From an uncultured Pseudomonadales bacterium (GTDB lineage Bacteria > Pseudomonadota > Gammaproteobacteria > Pseudomonadales > JAUIET01): a stretch of DNA of 64,000 nucleotides. The stretch spans positions 85,622 through 149,621 of the forward strand of contig CAYGSL010000005.1 in NCBI GenBank assembly GCA_964352475.1, written 5' to 3'. This document shows positions 49,817-61,029 of the stretch, one piece after another. Within the stretch, counting starts at the first letter, position 1. Each line of letters begins with the position of its first letter. The notes under the pieces are model-generated. The model saw nothing but the letters and a program-made list of their open reading frames with translations, searched no databases and was not told the origin of the DNA. The position numbers were made by a program, and so were the translations under genes.

Positions 49817-50308
49817 TTACTCCCCGCTGACCAGGCCAATGACATAGCTTGCCAGCTCTCTGCCAAATTCTTCCAAACTCAGCACAGGAGGAATCAATAC
49901 CGAATTCTGCCACCACTCATCTTCCTGAACAGGAATCATTGACGGTACAAACACCAGAATCACCAACACTATGATAACACCACGTGCTAAGCCAAAGCTT
50001 GCACCAAGTACTCGATCAAAGCCTTTTAAGCCCACGGCGGAAACTAATTGACCCAACAGCCGCGATACCATCGAACCCAGGACCATAGTCAGCACAAACA
50101 AGCCGCCAAAAGCCAGCATTTGTCTAAGCGACGGGGTTGCAATCGTATCAACCATTCTCGCGGCAACAGCATCACTGAAAAAGAACGCCACTGCCAGAGC
50201 GAGAAACCAAACGACCAGCGACATCGCTTCTCGTATAAAACCACGCGTTACACCTAATAGGCTGGAAAGGCCGACAATTCCGACTATCGCCCAATCAGCC
50301 CAGTTCAT
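49817..50308 (-). CDS. cvpA: Colicin V production protein CvpA
   Basis: 163 aa with 4 TM segments; MNWADWAIVGIV..GFIRE. Confidence 0.85.
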   Translation of the reverse strand: MNWADWAIVGIVGLSSLLGVTRGFIREAMSLVVWFLALAVAFFFSDAVAARMVDTIATPSLRQMLAFGGLFVLTMVLGSMVSRLLGQLVSAVGLKGFDRVLGASFGLARGVIIVLVILVFVPSMIPVQEDEWWQNSVLIPPVLSLEEFGRELASYVIGLVSGE

Positions 50309-50862
50309 GACTCGCCAGGTTCAAAGGGAACGACCATAGATTTAACGGAATACGCCTTGTCTATCTCTAGCTTGATGCTGTCAGCCTTGCGTTTATCGAA
50401 CTTGGGACCCACGTAAACACGGGTCATCTCAGTAGTCCCGGCATTGCTGCCCTTGCTGAAAGCTCGGTATCCGTCGTCAATGAGTTTGGCAACCAGTTTT
50501 TTGGCGTTGCTACTGTCTCCGAGTGAGGCAACACGAACAACCCAGGCGGGCCGAAGTTCTGGTGTTTTCCTATCTTCACTTGCCTCCGACGACTCATCTG
50601 TGGTCTCTTCGCTTAACTCTAAACCAGTTTCATCGGTAGATACCTGGCTTTCCGCGACTTGTTTGGGCCAGCCAATTTTGTCTTCTGCTGGCCTCTTATG
50701 TTCTGCGGGCTGCCATTCTTGCACTACCGGCGGCGACGGTATCTGCGACTCTTTGCTTAGGCGAATATCCTCGGCATCGTCAAACAGGAATGGCCAGGCC
50801 AATGCCAACAAGGCAATGAGTACCAGAGCGCCCACCAGACGAACTTTGACTGCTTCATCCAT
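50305..50862 (-). CDS. SPOR-domain cell-division protein (DedD-like)
   Basis: N-terminal TM segment, an acidic linker, and a C-terminal SPOR-like WVVRVASLGDSSNAKKLVAKLIDDGYRAF..RVYVGP. Confidence 0.7.
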   Translation of the reverse strand: MDEAVKVRLVGALVLIALLALAWPFLFDDAEDIRLSKESQIPSPPVVQEWQPAEHKRPAEDKIGWPKQVAESQVSTDETGLELSEETTDESSEASEDRKTPELRPAWVVRVASLGDSSNAKKLVAKLIDDGYRAFSKGSNAGTTEMTRVYVGPKFDKRKADSIKLEIDKAYSVKSMVVPFEPGES

Positions 50863-52144
50863 TCTCTATGTCTGCTATGTCTGTTATGTGTTCCATGGCA
50901 GCTGCCACTGTGAAAAAAGAACCGAAGACAACAATTTGAGTTGTCCAGCCCTCGCTGGCCAATTGTTGCGCTTTTGCAAGCGCCAAGTCTACGCCGTTGC
51001 CAACGTTATCCACGCACTGGGCGTTTGCTTGCCCGATTTTCTGCAAATACGCGGCAATCTCTTGCGGCGCTTGCGCCCGATGGTTACCGGGTAATTTTGC
51101 CAGAAACCAATGGTCAATAACATCGTGAATAATATCGACCATCTGGGCCCATTCCTTATCAGCCATCACCGCAAACACCGCCACAGTGCGCTTTGCATGA
51201 GAGAAACGGGCACCTGGTTGGAAGGATGTTCGCAGGTGCTGCACGGCGGAAGGATTATGAGCCACGTCGAGCAACAAAGAATCCCCCGCCAGATCTATCG
51301 TTTGCTGCCTCCCAGCAAGTGACACCCGGGACAAACTACTGCTAAGTCTTGCTGAATCCGGTGTCAGTCCGAGCAGCTCTGCAACCTGCACTGCGGCGGC
51401 CAGACTCGCAGGATGCAAACCGATGTCAGGCAACATATGACTAACACCCGCAGCGGTGGTTAGATCAAACCCTTGGCTAGCCTTGCAAGGCGACACCGAA
51501 AAGTGTTCACCAATGAAATAACTGCTGGCAGCTTTTTCAGCGGCGATATTGACAACGCTCCCTGGCGGATCAACATCAGCGCAAACAAACACACTATTCG
51601 CTCTTAGAATTCCGGCTTTTTCTGCCCCGATAAGCTCGCGTGTGTCGCCCAGCCAATCCTGATGATCGAGGTCAATACGGGTAATGAGCGCAACATCTGC
51701 AGGAATAATGTTGACTGCATCAAGACGGCCACCAAGCCCAACCTCCAAAATCGCAACATCAAGCCCTGCTTGGGAAAACAACTCTAGTGCAACGAGCGTA
51801 GAAAACTCGAAATAAGTAAGCGCTATATCTGCTCTGGCGCGCTCTACTTCATGCAGGGCCAAGCAGATTTCCACGTCATCGGCCTCCTGACCATTGATTC
51901 GGAATCGTTCGTTGTAGTGCTGAAAATGCGGTGAGGTATAAACACCGACGCGATTGCCTGAGTCCACCAACAGTTGCTCCAAAGCCGCAACACTGGAGCC
52001 CTTTCCATTTGTACCCGCTACAACCACAATTTTATCGGCTATACGTTTCTGTTCGGCAGCCGCATTTGCTAACACCTCTTGCTCAGCACCCGAGTCTATA
52101 GGTGCGAGTTGCATTCGATTCGCGACGATTCCAACGCGCTCCAA
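50855..52144 (-). CDS. folC: Dihydrofolate/folylpolyglutamate synthase
   Basis: VAGTNGKGS P-loop. The TTG start at 52144 is provisional, because conserved N-terminal residues are encoded upstream of it (see findings). Confidence 0.85.
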   Translation of the reverse strand: MERVGIVANRMQLAPIDSGAEQEVLANAAAEQKRIADKIVVVAGTNGKGSSVAALEQLLVDSGNRVGVYTSPHFQHYNERFRINGQEADDVEICLALHEVERARADIALTYFEFSTLVALELFSQAGLDVAILEVGLGGRLDAVNIIPADVALITRIDLDHQDWLGDTRELIGAEKAGILRANSVFVCADVDPPGSVVNIAAEKAASSYFIGEHFSVSPCKASQGFDLTTAAGVSHMLPDIGLHPASLAAAVQVAELLGLTPDSARLSSSLSRVSLAGRQQTIDLAGDSLLLDVAHNPSAVQHLRTSFQPGARFSHAKRTVAVFAVMADKEWAQMVDIIHDVIDHWFLAKLPGNHRAQAPQEIAAYLQKIGQANAQCVDNVGNGVDLALAKAQQLASEGWTTQIVVFGSFFTVAAAMEHITDIADIENG

Positions 52145-52227
52145 ACCAAGCTCTATATTCTGCGGGTGTGTTTGGTCCAGCCAGACTAACCAGTCTGAAA
52201 TCGAATACTCGGGGCCTGGCTTATTGG

Positions 52228-53247
52228 TCAGCGCTGACTCTCATTGTCAGGCGCAGAATCGCCAGACTCATCAATTTCTGCAACGTCGTCAGAAACATTA
52301 GCCTCAATAATCTCTGATGCTTCCAAGGCATCGCCATCGTCAGGGCTTGAGGTGTCTTCCACTTTCGCGGGGCGCTCTTCAACGGGTAGCTCTTCGAGGC
52401 CTTGTAAATTGGCCAGCAGTCGCGCAATGGTGTTTCGCATCTCGCTGCGCGGCACAATCATGTCAATGGCACCTTTTTCCAACAAAAATTCGCTTCGCTG
52501 AAACCCCTCGGGTAATTTTTGTCGTATTGTCTGTTCAATAATATTTGGCCCGGCAAAGCCCGCCCTGGCATTGGGCTCGGCGATATTGATATCGCCAAGT
52601 AACGCCAGGCTAGCGGACACACCACCGTACACCGGGTCCGTCATCACTGACACATACGGTACGCCCTGCCTGGCCATGCGTTCAAGAACGGCACTGACTT
52701 TGGCCATTTGCATCAATGAAATAAGTGCTTCCTGCATGCGTGCGCCGCCCGTTGCGGAGAAACACACCAGCGGTATTCGCACCCTGAGAGCCTCGTTGGC
52801 AGCACGGGTAAACTTCTCCCCAACCGCATAACCCATGGAACCACCATGAAAACCAAACTCAAATACCGCGGCAATAACGGGTACACCTTTCAAGCTGCCT
52901 TTCATCACCACGAGCGCGTCTTTTTCGCCAGTGGATTTTTGCGCGGCCGACAACCTGTCTTTATAACGCTTAAGATCCTTGAACTTCAGGCGATCTACTG
53001 GCTCTACGTCGGTCGCTAATTCCTCGCGGGGCTCTTCGTCCAGAAAAATGTCAATGCGCCGGCGCGCGCCAATCCGCATGTGGTGATCACATTTGGGACA
53101 AACGTCCAGGTTCCTGTCCAACTCCGGGCCGTACAACATGGCCTCACATTTAACGCATTTGCGCCATACGCCTTCAGGTACATTAGCACGACGCCTTGCG
53201 CCGCCTTTGCGAACACCTGTCGGTAGAATTTTTTCCATCCAACTCAT
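52228..53247 (-). CDS. accD: Acetyl-CoA carboxylase carboxyltransferase beta subunit
   Basis: Zn ribbon [16 protein letters not shown] and GGSMG. It carries a ~50-aa acidic C-terminal tail. Confidence 0.95.
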   Translation of the reverse strand: MSWMEKILPTGVRKGGARRRANVPEGVWRKCVKCEAMLYGPELDRNLDVCPKCDHHMRIGARRRIDIFLDEEPREELATDVEPVDRLKFKDLKRYKDRLSAAQKSTGEKDALVVMKGSLKGVPVIAAVFEFGFHGGSMGYAVGEKFTRAANEALRVRIPLVCFSATGGARMQEALISLMQMAKVSAVLERMARQGVPYVSVMTDPVYGGVSASLALLGDINIAEPNARAGFAGPNIIEQTIRQKLPEGFQRSEFLLEKGAIDMIVPRSEMRNTIARLLANLQGLEELPVEERPAKVEDTSSPDDGDALEASEIIEANVSDDVAEIDESGDSAPDNESQR

Positions 53248-53292
53248 TGCTGCACCCTAATAACCCGGTCTGGTGAAACCTTGTTTTTAACC

Positions 53293-54090
53293 TTACTTAA
53301 CATCATCGATCGCCGATCTCAGTTCAGCGACCAGATTTTCTGCCTTCATCATGCCGGCATCGCCTTGCGCTAACAAGTCAACAATGGCACTACCAACCAC
53401 CACACCGTCCGCGGTGCTGGCCAGCGATCGGGCTGACTCTGCGTCTTTAATACCAAATCCTACACAGACTGGTACTTTCGCGAAAGCCTTAAGTTTGGCG
53501 ATATTTTTATGCACATCATCCAAATCGAGACTTGCTGCACCCGTCACGCCTTTGAGTGACACGTAGTAAAGGAAGCCTGTAGCCATACTGGCGATAGTCT
53601 TTGCTCGCTCATTATCGGTAGTGGGCGACACAAGATAAATAGCATCGAGACCGTGGTCAGCAAGCAATCCATTAAAATCGGTGGCTTCTTCAGGGGGCAA
53701 GTCGACCGTCAACACGCCGTCCAAACCTACTTCAACGGCACGCCGGCAAAAATCCTGGTAGCCCATCGCCTCCACTGGATTCGCATAGCCCATCAGAATC
53801 ACCGCTGTGTGCTGGTTGGCCACCCGGAATTCGGCGACCATATCCAGGGCGTCTTTCAGGCTTGTGTTGTGCGCCAAGGCGCGTTCATGGGCGCGCTGAA
53901 TGATCGGCCCTTCCGCCATAGGATCAGAGAAAGGCACACCCAATTCAATAATATCGGTGCCCTGCTCCGCCAAGGAGTGCATAAACGGAACAGTGACACT
54001 TCGGTCCGGGTCGCCAGCTACTATATAGGCAACCAATGCTTTGCGGTTTTCGGAAGCGAGCTCCGTAAGGCGTTGCGCAATTCTACTCAA
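53293..54090 (-). CDS. trpA: Tryptophan synthase alpha chain
   Basis: IELGVPFSDPMAEGPIIQ, YVSLKGVTG. Confidence 0.95.
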   Translation of the reverse strand: MSRIAQRLTELASENRKALVAYIVAGDPDRSVTVPFMHSLAEQGTDIIELGVPFSDPMAEGPIIQRAHERALAHNTSLKDALDMVAEFRVANQHTAVILMGYANPVEAMGYQDFCRRAVEVGLDGVLTVDLPPEEATDFNGLLADHGLDAIYLVSPTTDNERAKTIASMATGFLYYVSLKGVTGAASLDLDDVHKNIAKLKAFAKVPVCVGFGIKDAESARSLASTADGVVVGSAIVDLLAQGDAGMMKAENLVAELRSAIDDVK

Positions 54091-54102
54091 GACTGTCTCC
54101 TG

Positions 54103-55305
54103 CTAGACGGTGATGCCGTCGATATCGGCTACGGTCAAAATATCCTTGTCGCCTCGACCGGACAAATTGACGATAATAATTTGATCCGCTGTCATTAATG
54201 GCGCAATTTTTTTGACCTCTGCAAGTGCATGACTTGACTCCAGAGCAGGCATAATGCCTTCTACCAGCGTTAACTCTCTGAATGCTTCCAGCGCTTCTGT
54301 ATCATTAACTGCCGTGTATTGAACGCGGCCCGTGTCTTTTAGCCAGGAATGTTCTGGGCCAACGCCGGGATAATCAAGGCCCGCAGACACCGAGTGTGTT
54401 TCAATGATTTGCCCGTTTTCGTCTTCCATAAGATAGGTTCTATTCCCATGCAGCACCCCTGGCCGCCCGCAACTCAACGGCGCCGCATGGCGCCCGGTTT
54501 CAAGGCCGTCACCGCCCGCTTCCACACCTATCATTGCGACGTCGCTGTCATCAAGGAAAGGATGGAATAAGCCAATTGCGTTCGAGCCTCCGCCAACACA
54601 TGCCACCAGGGTGTCGGGCAACTGACCGGTTTGCGCCAGGCATTGCTCGCGAGCCTCTCGGCCAATCACACATTGAAAATCACGAACCAATGTGGGGTAC
54701 GGATGCGGACCCGCGACAGTACCTATAATGTAAAAGGTGTCATCAACGTTAGTTACCCAATCGCGCATCGCCTCATTCATAGAGTCTTTCAGTGTTTGTG
54801 AGCCAGAGGTTACCGGCACCACTTCTGCTCCCAACAATTTCATACGATACACGTTCAGTGCCTGTCGCTGAACATCCTGCGCACCCATGTAAACCACACA
54901 CTCCAGACCCATGCGAGCCGCAACCGTTGCACTGGCAACGCCGTGTTGGCCGGCACCTGTTTCTGCAATAATTCGCGATTTTCCGCTGTACTTGGCCAAC
55001 AAGGCTTGACCAATTGTATTGTTAACCTTGTGCGCGCCCGTATGATTCAAATCTTCCCTTTTCAGGAAGATTCGCGCACCACCCAGCTCGCGGCTCCAGC
55101 GCTCTGCAAAATACAGCGGCGATGGTCGGCCCACGTAATGCGCCAGATCGGCGTCAAACTCTCGCTGAAACTCTGCATCATCTTTTAGTCTCTGATAACT
55201 GCTACTGAGTTCATCAAGGGCATGAATCAGTGTTTCAGATACAAAGCGTCCGCCATAAGCACCGAAATGCCCTTTACTATCTGGCACAGAACTGAAATTG
55301 GTCAT
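54103..55305 (-). CDS. trpB: Tryptophan synthase beta chain
   Basis: [16 protein letters not shown] (PLP Lys), GGGSNAIG. Confidence 0.95.
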   Translation of the reverse strand: MTNFSSVPDSKGHFGAYGGRFVSETLIHALDELSSSYQRLKDDAEFQREFDADLAHYVGRPSPLYFAERWSRELGGARIFLKREDLNHTGAHKVNNTIGQALLAKYSGKSRIIAETGAGQHGVASATVAARMGLECVVYMGAQDVQRQALNVYRMKLLGAEVVPVTSGSQTLKDSMNEAMRDWVTNVDDTFYIIGTVAGPHPYPTLVRDFQCVIGREAREQCLAQTGQLPDTLVACVGGGSNAIGLFHPFLDDSDVAMIGVEAGGDGLETGRHAAPLSCGRPGVLHGNRTYLMEDENGQIIETHSVSAGLDYPGVGPEHSWLKDTGRVQYTAVNDTEALEAFRELTLVEGIMPALESSHALAEVKKIAPLMTADQIIIVNLSGRGDKDILTVADIDGITV

Positions 55306-55322
55306 AGTGTTACTCTTTGCTA

Positions 55323-55985
55323 CTAGCGTGTATTACTTACCGACAACTGCACACTGTCATCGGCGATTTTGCATTGCTCAATAAAGCGTGCGATCAGTTG
55401 CGGGCATTTTTTGCCGGGCACAGATTCGACACCACTGCTGACGTCTACTGCCCACGGCCGCAACTGCCTGATTGCGTCACCCACATTATCCGGATTCAAA
55501 CCGCCCGCCAGCGTTGCCCCTTTAACGTCGCGATCAAATCGCGACCAATCAAATGCGTGGCCGGTACCCCCTACCTTAACCGCATCAAAGCTGTCATAGA
55601 GAAAACCGGCGGCGCGGCTATGCTCAGTGATACGCAATTGGCGTTGTTGCGGATCCAATTGCCCGGCACGAATGGCCGCAATATAGGGCAAGCCAAACTG
55701 TTGTGCGAAGCTGCCAGACTCGGTGCCATGAAACTGCAGACAGGTGATATCAAGCGCATTGATCACGCGACTTACTTCCGCTGGTTCCGGGTCTACAAAC
55801 AAAGCAACTGTCGTGACGAATGAGGGTAAGGCAGCGATTATTTCTGCGGCCTTGGCATGTTCAACAAAGCGGGTGCTCTTCGGGTAAAACACCAAGCCGA
55901 TCGCATCTGCGCCGGCATGAGCAGCGACTAAAGCAGTTTCACAATCTGTGATTCCACAAATTTTGATACGGGTACGTTGGTACAT
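55323..55985 (-). CDS. trpF: Phosphoribosylanthranilate isomerase
   Basis: [28 protein letters not shown]. Confidence 0.9.
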   Translation of the reverse strand: MYQRTRIKICGITDCETALVAAHAGADAIGLVFYPKSTRFVEHAKAAEIIAALPSFVTTVALFVDPEPAEVSRVINALDITCLQFHGTESGSFAQQFGLPYIAAIRAGQLDPQQRQLRITEHSRAAGFLYDSFDAVKVGGTGHAFDWSRFDRDVKGATLAGGLNPDNVGDAIRQLRPWAVDVSSGVESVPGKKCPQLIARFIEQCKIADDSVQLSVSNTR

Positions 55986-56104
55986 CTGGTTCCGAGGATA
56001 TTCGCCGTGAACTGGAATGGCGCTTCTTCATCTACAAGCAGCAGTTGCTGGAGGGCAGTATATCAGACCATGCCTGTCAGCCCGCACTTCAGGTGCGCTT
56101 ACTG

Positions 56105-56977
56105 TTAAAAACAAGGCAATGCGTGGTCTGTTGGCAGACTGAAGCGATCCGGGTAGCTCACGCCGACCAGATACAAGCCGTGTGGCTCTGCTGTAACGCC
56201 GCCTTGCCTGCGATCAGCGCTGGCAAGAACTGTACTCGCCCAACCGGCTTCACGCTCGCCACTTCCTACGGCCATTAACACGCCGGCTATATTGCGAACC
56301 ATGTGTTGCAAAAATGCGTTAGCGCACACGTCGATAAACACCATGTGCCCTTGCCTGCGAACCCCAATGTATATAACTCGACGGCTCGCAGTCTTTGCCT
56401 GACAGCCAGCCGCGCGAAAACCGCTGAAGTCATGCTCGCCAAGTAATGCCTGTGATTCCTGGTGCATCAGCACATTGTCCAGCGGCAATCGGCACCAGCT
56501 ATGCAAGCCGGAGAAGATTCCTGGCTTTACCGCTCGATTATCTATGCAGTAAACATAGCGTCGGGATTGCGCGCTGAAACGCGCGTGAAAGTCTGCAGCC
56601 ATTGGAGTGACTGAGCGAAGCCTGACATGCGCGGGTAAGTTTGCGTTAACGCCTAACAACCACTGCCGCGGCTGGCGTTGCGCCGTAGTATCGAAATGAA
56701 TGACCTGATGGGTAGCGTGCACGCCGGTATCGGTTCTACCGGCGCAAATAACGCTGGTTTGCTGGTTAGCAACACGAGAAATGGCCTGTTCAACAGCGTT
56801 CTGTACGCCAGGCGTTTGCTGGTCGATTTGGCGTTGCCAGCCGAAGAACTGCGAGCCATTGTATTCAACAATGGCTGCTATTCGGTTAACACCTTCCGCT
56901 GCTTGTTCTGTTTTAGAGTCGGTGCGAATGGCGACGCCAGTCGCACCCTGGGTTTGCTTATCAGGCGATTCTGTCAA
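56105..56977 (-). CDS. truA: tRNA pseudouridine(38-40) synthase TruA
   Basis: VEYNGSQFFGWQRQ, AGRTDTGVHA (catalytic Asp). A ~30-aa N-terminal extension overlaps the fimV 3' end by 17 nt. Confidence 0.9.
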   Translation of the reverse strand: MTESPDKQTQGATGVAIRTDSKTEQAAEGVNRIAAIVEYNGSQFFGWQRQIDQQTPGVQNAVEQAISRVANQQTSVICAGRTDTGVHATHQVIHFDTTAQRQPRQWLLGVNANLPAHVRLRSVTPMAADFHARFSAQSRRYVYCIDNRAVKPGIFSGLHSWCRLPLDNVLMHQESQALLGEHDFSGFRAAGCQAKTASRRVIYIGVRRQGHMVFIDVCANAFLQHMVRNIAGVLMAVGSGEREAGWASTVLASADRRQGGVTAEPHGLYLVGVSYPDRFSLPTDHALPCF

Positions 56978-59765
56978 TCAATTCTTTGGCTTGCTGCTTG
57001 TCCAGCGCCGTACCCTCGTCCAACACTTCGCCGAGTATATCACGCGCGCCTTCATTATCGCCCATGTCTATGTAAGCTCTGGCCAGGTCCAGCTTGGTCG
57101 CCGTTTCATCAGATTCCAGCATCGCAATATCAGCAGCGCGTTGCGCGTCATCATCGCTATCAAGCGAACTTTGCTCTAACTCAAGTTCCAAAGCGGACAA
57201 ATCGGCATTTTCTATTTCAGAATCAACCTCGTCGCCGATCGACACGTCAAAACTGCTCAGCTCGGACTCCAGGTCCATGTCGTTGTCTGAGTCCAGATCA
57301 AGCTGAATATCGCCAAGCGCGTCCAACTCACTGATTACAGCGGCGTCTGCCATGCTGTCATCAATGTCAGCCAGGCCCGCTTCTATTCCGGTTACGGGCT
57401 GATCTTCCAGTTCCGCAAAGTCCGCCAGCAACTCGTTTTCGAGACTGCTTTCCTGAAGGGCCACTTCAGATTCACTGGCGAAGTTGCTATCTTGCAACTC
57501 GTTTCCAGCAGCGAATGCTTCACGAACATCACCAGCGTCAAGGTCTTCTACCGGATCATCGTCTAGCTCCAGTTCCAAATCGAATTCATTGTCAAAACTC
57601 AAGCCGTCATCATCGAGCACTTCATCTTCTGAATCTGCAAGCGCAGCCGCGCCGGTAGCCACAGCACCGCCAACGGCGACAGCAGCACTGGCAACATTAA
57701 CGTCATCCACTCCGTCCTCATCATCGCCCAGAATGGACTGCACAAGAGTGTCATCGATAGGTGCAGGCTCATCGGCAAACTCTTCGCTGAAGTCCATTGA
57801 TGTTTCGTCTGGCAAAGTCTGCCTGAACTCTTCCATCACATCCGGTGCGGGTTCATCGTCTTCATCAAGCGCTGAGGAATACACGTCACTTGCATCTTCT
57901 GCCAGTTCGTCAAATCCGCCGCTGCCCATAGATTCCAACTTTGCCAGCTGCTCGGCAGCGGCTTCCCGATCACCCGCCGCAGAATGCACTTCAACGAGTT
58001 TCGCTACCAGGTCGGTTCTGTCAGGCTCTTGCTCGATTGCTCTGTTAAGCAAATCAACGGCCTGTGGATAACGACCGTACGCTACGTAAATATCAGCCTC
58101 TGCGATCGGGTCACCCATTTCGGCTTCAATACCGGCGCTGTCCTGCAGTGTGTCTTCTTCATCGTCAATAAAAGTATCGCGACTAATGGTTGGCGCTGTT
58201 GGCTCGGCCGTTGTCTCTGCGACAGCAGCCGAAGCAGCAGGCGCTACATCATGTGGTTCGAACTCAAACTCGTCTTCGTTGTTTCTCTTTCGCCACCAGA
58301 AGAACAAACCAGCTAAAGCGAGGATGCCAGCAGCAATACCTGCCCACAGTGGACTAAGTAAATTGTCAAAAAAGCCTGCCTGCTCGATTGGTTTGGCAGC
58401 GGGTGTTTTGGCCGCTGGCTCAGGCTCGTTAGCAAGCGCTTCTTCAACTGATGCAACATCGCTGGAGAAGTCATCGCTGGCGGCAAGGGCTTGCGAATCT
58501 GCATCGTCTGCCATCGCTGTTTCCGGGGTGACCGCTGCATCGGGAGTTGCATCAAACTCCTGATCCAGAATATCGCTAGCGCCCTGTGCCTGCAGCTGTG
58601 CAAGCTGGGAATTACGCACTTCCAGTTTGTTCTTGAGCTCTTCCATCTCGGAAAGCAAGCTTTGAACTTTGGAGCTCAATTCATTGTTTTCAGCGGTTGT
58701 GCTGCTTAACTCCGCCATCACGTCAGTCAGGCGTGCGTTCAACGCATTGATCTGATCATCGGCGCTGCCATCGGGGTCGCCGTTAACACCAGAACCACCG
58801 GCAGTGCTCAATGTCAAAGTACCGCGGCTATCTGAACTGGCAGCAGGTACTGGTCGTGCAGCGCCAGCACGCGCGTCTAACTGACGAATATCATCGTCGC
58901 CAGAGCGCCATTCTTGCATTTGCCTGGCAACTTCCAGTTGCGCTTGCGAGTTTGCAATATCACGAACTCGTTGCTCGTCAGGAATACGTAATACCTGCCC
59001 CACTTTCAGGCGATTAATATTGCCATTAATGAAGGCCTCCGGGTTGTCTTCCTGCAGCGCTATCATTGTCTGGTTAACAGTAACCCGGTCAGAAGGTCTA
59101 ACCTTTTGGGCAATTTGCCATAAGGTATCGGAGCGTTCCGTTGTATACCGGTCGCTGTTATTGCGCTGCGGCTGTGATTCAGCTTCGCGCTGTATAGCTT
59201 GCCTTGGCGGTGTGGCGGCTACGGGTGGTGCAGATCGTGTCTGAACTGGTGCGCTGGGCGTTTCAGGTTCAACTTGAGGTTCATCAATCGCGTAAGAATC
59301 AGTAGCCGGCGAAGAAGGAGCGGCCTGCGGTGCTTGCAAAGCGGCCGAATTTGCGCTGCTGGTTGAAGTAAATGCTGGCAAATCCAAAAGCAAAGTGTAT
59401 TCACGAATCAACCGACCGCTAGGCCATTTCGCCTCAAGCAAAAAATTTAAATAGGGTTCACGAACAGGGTCTTCGGTAGTTACCTTAACCACACCTCCGC
59501 CACGACCATCAAGTTCGACTTCATAGCGCATACCGGTAAGAAAAAATTCGCGTTCAACGTTCGCTCGATCGAAATCTTGCATGGATGCCAGCTTGATGAG
59601 CACCTGAGTCGTGTTCAGATCGCCAACTTTGAGCAGCTTGATTTCTGCACGTAACGGTTCATTAACCGCCGAGAAGAGTTTCATATCGCCCAGTCCGAGA
59701 GCGAATACACCGCTACTAAACAGTGCCCCAGTCAGTCCGATTGTACGGACGGCAGAACGTAACAT
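56961..59765 (-). CDS. fimV: FimV-family peptidoglycan-binding pilus-assembly protein
   Basis: 934 aa with a signal/TM segment, LysM (YTTERSDTLWQIA..LRIP), a central TM, a very acidic low-complexity region, and a C-terminal FimV motif DLARAYIDMGDNEGARDILGEVL. Confidence 0.85.
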   Translation of the reverse strand: MLRSAVRTIGLTGALFSSGVFALGLGDMKLFSAVNEPLRAEIKLLKVGDLNTTQVLIKLASMQDFDRANVEREFFLTGMRYEVELDGRGGGVVKVTTEDPVREPYLNFLLEAKWPSGRLIREYTLLLDLPAFTSTSSANSAALQAPQAAPSSPATDSYAIDEPQVEPETPSAPVQTRSAPPVAATPPRQAIQREAESQPQRNNSDRYTTERSDTLWQIAQKVRPSDRVTVNQTMIALQEDNPEAFINGNINRLKVGQVLRIPDEQRVRDIANSQAQLEVARQMQEWRSGDDDIRQLDARAGAARPVPAASSDSRGTLTLSTAGGSGVNGDPDGSADDQINALNARLTDVMAELSSTTAENNELSSKVQSLLSEMEELKNKLEVRNSQLAQLQAQGASDILDQEFDATPDAAVTPETAMADDADSQALAASDDFSSDVASVEEALANEPEPAAKTPAAKPIEQAGFFDNLLSPLWAGIAAGILALAGLFFWWRKRNNEDEFEFEPHDVAPAASAAVAETTAEPTAPTISRDTFIDDEEDTLQDSAGIEAEMGDPIAEADIYVAYGRYPQAVDLLNRAIEQEPDRTDLVAKLVEVHSAAGDREAAAEQLAKLESMGSGGFDELAEDASDVYSSALDEDDEPAPDVMEEFRQTLPDETSMDFSEEFADEPAPIDDTLVQSILGDDEDGVDDVNVASAAVAVGGAVATGAAALADSEDEVLDDDGLSFDNEFDLELELDDDPVEDLDAGDVREAFAAGNELQDSNFASESEVALQESSLENELLADFAELEDQPVTGIEAGLADIDDSMADAAVISELDALGDIQLDLDSDNDMDLESELSSFDVSIGDEVDSEIENADLSALELELEQSSLDSDDDAQRAADIAMLESDETATKLDLARAYIDMGDNEGARDILGEVLDEGTALDKQQAKELIDRIA

Positions 59766-59984
59766 GCGTCTGTCCTTTCGTTGGCCTTACGGCTTTGTGT
59801 TCTAATACGTACCTAACATACTGTAGACAATATGTTAGATGAGTGCCGTTTCCAACTCGCATCAACAGATTCTTCGTGCACTGTTTGATCAGTGAGCAAA
59901 ACTTCGGAAGTGCTTGTTTTTTGTGCGCTTTTAAACGCTTTTTCTATTTACAGTACTTAGAAACGACATCGTTTCAAGTATTGA

Positions 59985-61016
59985 TTACAAAAAACGTTTT
60001 AGCAAGATTTCAGCTATCTGAATGCTGTTAAGTGCTGCACCTTTTCGGACGTTATCAGAGACAACCCACATGTTTATTCCATGATCACAGGAAATATCTT
60101 CACGGACCCTGCCAACGAATACGGGGTCGGCGCCGGCAGCATCGCTTACAGCCGTTGGGTAAGCGCCGTCTTTTTGTCCATCAAGCAGCTTTACGCCCGG
60201 TGCCTTTTTGAGCAACTTGCGCACTTTATCAGCCGTAATCTTTTCGATTGTCTCGACATGCACCGCTTCTGAATGACCGAAAAACACAGGAATACGAACG
60301 CAAGTCGGATTTACCTGCACGCTGTCATCGGCAAATATCTTTTTCGTTTCCCACACCATTTTCATTTCTTCGCGGGTGTAGTCGTTGTCCATAAATTCGT
60401 CAATATGCGGTATAGCGTTGAACGCAATTTGTTTCGGGTACACCGAGTGCTTTGCGTCTCTGCCACTGAGTAATTCCACAGTTTGTGAAGCAAGCTCTTC
60501 GATGGCCTCTTTACCCGTGCCGCTGACCGCCTGATAGGTCGCCACATTGATCCGCCGTATGCCAACGGCATCCTTAATGGGCTTTAATGCCACCAGCATT
60601 TGTATGGTTGAGCAGTTTGGATTGGCGATAATCCCGCGCTGCGTGTAGCCCGCAATGGCGTCCGGATTAACTTCGGGTACAACCAAAGGGATGTCGTCGT
60701 CATTGCGAAAGTGCGAAGTGTTATCAATGACGACACACCCTGCAGCAGCCGCCTTGGGAGCATACTCGGCGGATAAACTGCCGCCCGCTGAGAACAAACC
60801 AATCTGTGCTTTCGAAAAATCGAAATCAGCCAGATTGTGCACCGTGTGTGATTTGCCCCTGAACATCAGTTTCTTGCCCGCGGAGCGCTCACTGGCCAAC
60901 AGGTAGAGCTGCTCAACAGGAAAATCACGCTGCTCCAGAATCTCCAGCATTGCCTCACCCACGGCACCTGTGGCACCAACTATCGCAACGCTTGCGGTTT
61001 TTTCAACATCTGCCAT
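59985..61016 (-). CDS. asd: Aspartate-semialdehyde dehydrogenase (short, ~340-aa type)
   Basis: VAIVGATGAVG, NPNCST (active Cys), YQAVSG. Confidence 0.85.
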   Translation of the reverse strand: MADVEKTASVAIVGATGAVGEAMLEILEQRDFPVEQLYLLASERSAGKKLMFRGKSHTVHNLADFDFSKAQIGLFSAGGSLSAEYAPKAAAAGCVVIDNTSHFRNDDDIPLVVPEVNPDAIAGYTQRGIIANPNCSTIQMLVALKPIKDAVGIRRINVATYQAVSGTGKEAIEELASQTVELLSGRDAKHSVYPKQIAFNAIPHIDEFMDNDYTREEMKMVWETKKIFADDSVQVNPTCVRIPVFFGHSEAVHVETIEKITADKVRKLLKKAPGVKLLDGQKDGAYPTAVSDAAGADPVFVGRVREDISCDHGINMWVVSDNVRKGAALNSIQIAEILLKRFL

Positions 61017-61029
61017 TTTTCGTTTACCT

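Noticed and set aside
55317-55823. 168-aa plus-strand ORF.
   Set aside because: It is antisense to trpF, which has clear PRAI motifs and operon context.
57484-58071. 195-aa Ser-rich plus-strand ORF (and neighbouring 57094-57306 and 58150-58563).
   Set aside because: It is the antisense image of the Asp/Glu-rich FimV low-complexity region, where GAN codons read as NTC on the other strand. It is a compositional artefact.
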